Part shown: positions 61,223 to 64,000 of the stretch, in pieces | Position numbering within the stretch: position 1 is the stretch's first letter | How the letters are laid out: each line of letters begins with the position of its first letter | Origin: Candidatus Eiseniibacteriota bacterium | GTDB lineage: Bacteria > Eisenbacteria > RBG-16-71-46 > CAVPCR01 | Assembly: GCA_963702435.1 (NCBI GenBank) | Contig: CAVPCR010000004.1 | Span: 672,001-736,000 of the forward strand | DNA length: 64,000 bases | Direction: 5' to 3' | Program-made: the position numbers and the translations under genes | Notes under the pieces: model-generated | What the model saw: the letters and a program-made list of their open reading frames with translations, nothing else | Database searches by the model: none | Told to the model about the DNA's origin: nothing

Positions 61223-61693
61223 ATGCGTGAACTGAATCCACACAAGGTGCGCGAGATGTCGGCGGAAGAGGTGCGGCTCAAGGTCCGCGACCTCCGGGAG
61301 GAGATGTTCAACCTCCGCTTCCGGAACTCGATGCGGCAGCTCGACAACCCGCTCAAGCTGCGCGAGGCGCGCCGCGACATGGCCCGGCTCCTCACCATCC
61401 TGAAGGAGCACGATATGGGCCTCCGGGCGCTCGGCACCGGGCTCGCCGCCAAGGGCGGCGCGGCGGCCGCGGTCGCCGGCGGCGCGGCGGTCGCCCCGGA
61501 GAAGAAGGCCGCGGCGAAGAAGACCGTGAAGAAGAAGACCGCGGCCAGGAAGCCGGCCGCCAGGAAGACGACGACCGGGAAGGCGGCGCCGCCCAAGGCG
61601 GCGGCCAAGAAGCCGGCCGCCAAGAAGCCGGTGGCGGCCAGAGCGGCGAGCCGGAAGACCACGCGCAAGGCGCCGGCCGGCGCCGGCAAGTAG
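61223..61693 (+). CDS. rpmC: 50S ribosomal protein L29 fused to a Lys/Ala/Pro-rich histone-H1-like tail
   Basis: LREEMFNLRF...QLDNP..LREARRDMARLLTIL, followed by about 90 aa including KKAAAKKTVKKK, AAAKKPAAKKP. Confidence 0.92.
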   Translation: MRELNPHKVREMSAEEVRLKVRDLREEMFNLRFRNSMRQLDNPLKLREARRDMARLLTILKEHDMGLRALGTGLAAKGGAAAAVAGGAAVAPEKKAAAKKTVKKKTAARKPAARKTTTGKAAPPKAAAKKPAAKKPVAARAASRKTTRKAPAGAGK

Positions 61694-61738
61694 AACCGAC
61701 AGGACCAAGGCGAGAGGACTCAAGTGGGCGAGAGCACG

Positions 61739-62020
61739 ATGGAAGAGACCACGCAAGCGACCACGAGCGAGCGCAAGCTCCGGAAGATCCGGGTCGGGAC
61801 GGTCGTCTCGGACAAGATGCAGAAGACCGTCGTCGTCCAGATCGAGCACCTCGTCAAGCACCCGACCTACAGCCGCTACGTGCGGCAGCGGAAGCGGTAC
61901 CAGGTGCACGACGAGAAGAACCAGTGCCACATCGGCGACGTGGTTTCCTTCATGGAGACCCGCCCGCTGAGCAAGGCCAAGCGCTGGCGCCTGGTCGAGA
62001 TCATCGAGCGCGCCAAGTAG
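61739..62020 (+). CDS. rpsQ: 30S ribosomal protein S17
   Basis: [28 protein letters not shown]; start 61724 or 61739. Confidence 0.95.
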   Translation: MEETTQATTSERKLRKIRVGTVVSDKMQKTVVVQIEHLVKHPTYSRYVRQRKRYQVHDEKNQCHIGDVVSFMETRPLSKAKRWRLVEIIERAK

Positions 62021-62101
62021 GCGGGCCATAACGACGTTGCGCCGTGCCCCGGACCGAACGGAGGGGCGCCGCGCGAGAACGGTGATCGGGAGTAGGGAGC
62101 G

Positions 62102-62470
62102 ATGATTCAGCTCAGGACCATGCTGACCATCTCGGACAACTCCGGGGCGCGGGTGGCCCAGTGCATCAAGGTGCTGGGCGGCACCGGGCGGCGCTATGCG
62201 GGGCTCGGCGACATCGTGGTGGTCGCGGTCAAGGACGCGATCCCCGGCGCTCCGGTGAAGAAGGGCGATGTGGCCAAGGCGGTCATCATCCGCACGCGCA
62301 AGGAGCAGCGCCGCAAGGACGGTTCCTACATCCGCTTCGACCAGAACGCGGCGGTGCTGATCAACGACCAGAAGGAGCCGCGCGGCACCCGCATCTTCGG
62401 CCCCGTGGCTCGCGAGCTGCGCGAGAAGGAATTCATGAAGATCATCTCGCTGGCTCCGGAGGTGATCTGA
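62102..62470 (+). CDS. rplN: 50S ribosomal protein L14
   Basis: [26 protein letters not shown]. Confidence 0.97.
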   Translation: MIQLRTMLTISDNSGARVAQCIKVLGGTGRRYAGLGDIVVVAVKDAIPGAPVKKGDVAKAVIIRTRKEQRRKDGSYIRFDQNAAVLINDQKEPRGTRIFGPVARELREKEFMKIISLAPEVI

Positions 62471-62798
62471 TGGCTCGGCAGATGCACATCGCCAAGGGCG
62501 ACACGGTCGAGGTGATCGGCGGGGACGACAAGGGGAAGCGGGGCAGGGTCCTGAAGACCTTGCCGAGAAGAGTCGCATCATCGTCGAGAAGGTCAACTTC
62601 ATAAAGCGGCACACGCGGCCGACCCAGAAGAACCCGAAGGGCGGGATCCTCGAGAAGGAGGCCCCGATCCACGTCTCGAACGTGCTGATCGTCTGCCCGA
62701 AGTGCGGCGAGAAGACGCGCATGGGCATGAAGCGGCTCGCCGACGGGACCAAGGAGCGGGTGTGCAAGAGCTGCCAGGAGATGATCCCGCGCGGCTAG
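62470..62798 (+). CDS. rplX: 50S ribosomal protein L24 (one frameshift near 62570)
   Basis: [29 protein letters not shown]...CKSC. Confidence 0.94.
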
Positions 62799-62818
62799 CC
62801 CGGTGGGGAAAGTAAGAG

Positions 62819-63361
62819 ATGAAGCCCAGGATCCAGCTGTTCTACGAGACCGAGGTGGTGCCGGCGCTGATGGAGCGTTTCCGCTACAAGAGCGTGATGC
62901 AGGCGCCGCGGCTGACCAAGATCGTGGTCAACATGGGTGTCGGCGACGCGATCCAGGACACGAAGAACCTGGACGCGGCGGTCGACGAGCTGAAGACCAT
63001 CACCGGACAGCGCCCGACGGTCCGCCGCGCCAAGAAGTCGATCTCGAACTTCAAGCTGCGCGAGGGGATGCCGATCGGTGCGGCGGTCACGCTGCGCGGC
63101 TCGCGCATGTACGAGTTCTACGACCGGTTCGTGAACGTGGCGATGCCGCGCATCCGCGACTTCCGCGGTCTTCCGGATAAGTCGTTCGACGGGCACGGCA
63201 ATTACTCGCTCGGGCTGACCGAGCAGATCATCTTCCCCGAGATCAATTACGACAAGGTGCACAAGGTCCGGGGCATGGACGTGACCATCGTGACGACCGC
63301 GCAGACCGACGAGGAGGGGAAAGAGCTCCTCCGCCTGATGAAGATGCCGTTCCGCCGATAG
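62819..63361 (+). CDS. rplE: 50S ribosomal protein L5
   Basis: [32 protein letters not shown]. Confidence 0.97.
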   Translation: MKPRIQLFYETEVVPALMERFRYKSVMQAPRLTKIVVNMGVGDAIQDTKNLDAAVDELKTITGQRPTVRRAKKSISNFKLREGMPIGAAVTLRGSRMYEFYDRFVNVAMPRIRDFRGLPDKSFDGHGNYSLGLTEQIIFPEINYDKVHKVRGMDVTIVTTAQTDEEGKELLRLMKMPFRR

Positions 63362-63382
63362 CGGCGGGAAGAGGTTGGAAAC

Positions 63383-63568
63383 GTGGCAAAGAAGTCGTGG
63401 ATCGAGAAGTGCAAGCGGACGCCGAAGTTCCAGGTGCGCGCCTACACTCGCTGCCGCCGCTGCGGCCGCCCGCGCGCGTTCATGCGGCAGTTCGGCATGT
63501 GCCGCATCTGCTTCCGCGATCTCGCGCTCTCCGGCGAGGTCCCGGGAGTGGTGAAGGCTAGCTGGTAG
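63383..63568 (+). CDS. rpsN: 30S ribosomal protein S14 type Z
   Basis: 61 aa; [23 protein letters not shown]. Confidence 0.96.
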   Translation: MAKKSWIEKCKRTPKFQVRAYTRCRRCGRPRAFMRQFGMCRICFRDLALSGEVPGVVKASW

Positions 63569-63664
63569 CCGGAAGCCGGAACCGGGCCCGGGCGGGACAT
63601 CCGCGGATTCCCGCCGCAGGGCTCCAGCCGGCGGCGTCCATACGTTCGCCAGGAGGTTTGCGCA

Positions 63665-64000
63665 GTGTCCGTCTCCGATCCGATCGCCGATTTTCTGACG
63701 TGCATCCGTAACTCGCTGCACGCCAAGAAGCGGCACGTGGACATTCCATCCTCGAACATGAAGCGTGCGATCGCCGAGGTGCTGCACAAGGAGCGCTTCA
63801 TCCGCGGCTTCAAGGTGATCGAGGACTCGAAGCAGAACGTGATCCGCGTGTACCTGAAGTACGCGCCCAACGAGAAGCCGGTGATCCGGGGGATCAAGCG
63901 CGTCTCCACGCCGGGGCGGCGGGTGTACGTCGGCAAGGACGAACTGCCGCGCGTGCTCGGCGGGCCTGGGGACCGCGGTGATCTCGACCACTCGCGGCAT
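63665..64000 (+). CDS. rpsH: 30S ribosomal protein S8, partial (runs off the window)
   Basis: SVSDPIADFLTCIRN, LKY, RVSTPGRRVY. Confidence 0.93.
   Translation, partial: MSVSDPIADFLTCIRNSLHAKKRHVDIPSSNMKRAIAEVLHKERFIRGFKVIEDSKQNVIRVYLKYAPNEKPVIRGIKRVSTPGRRVYVGKDELPRVLGGPGDRGDLDHSRH

Overview
GC-rich bacterial chromosome segment. Several secreted proteins end in an FlgD-Ig-like C-terminal domain (two with the 'PNPFNP' motif). Together with the gene order, this suggests an FCB-group candidate phylum such as Eisenbacteria; that is an inference, not a search result. Bases 1-37 kb hold intact housekeeping genes (murA 3' end, selB, ispG, spoVG, NFACT/RqcH, yicC, gmk, coaBC, UDG, dnaB, radA, ispD/F, ddl, cysS). 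They are interspersed with accessory secreted proteins (S8 protease, Omp28-like CxxC protein, M4/M36 metalloprotease, DUF4838), a Ser/Thr kinase-TPR protein, LPS-type glycosyltransferases and a small patch of gene remnants at 1-5 kb. Bases 37.5-64 kb hold the tRNA Thr-Tyr-Gly-Thr / tuf / rpmG-secE-nusG / rplKAJL / rpoBC / str / S10 / spc supercluster. From about 38 to 62.6 kb these essential genes carry very many frameshifts, most likely consensus errors. I found no CRISPR array, mobile element or defence locus, and no clear-cut novel multi-gene system. The most interesting signals are: an extreme G-ending codon bias confined to both tuf copies; ribosomal protein L29 fused to a histone-H1-like tail; a SpoVG with an obligatory His-rich N-terminal extension; several candidate structured RNA leaders; a recurring 25-bp IHF-like motif; and a set of gene remnants around the S8 protease.
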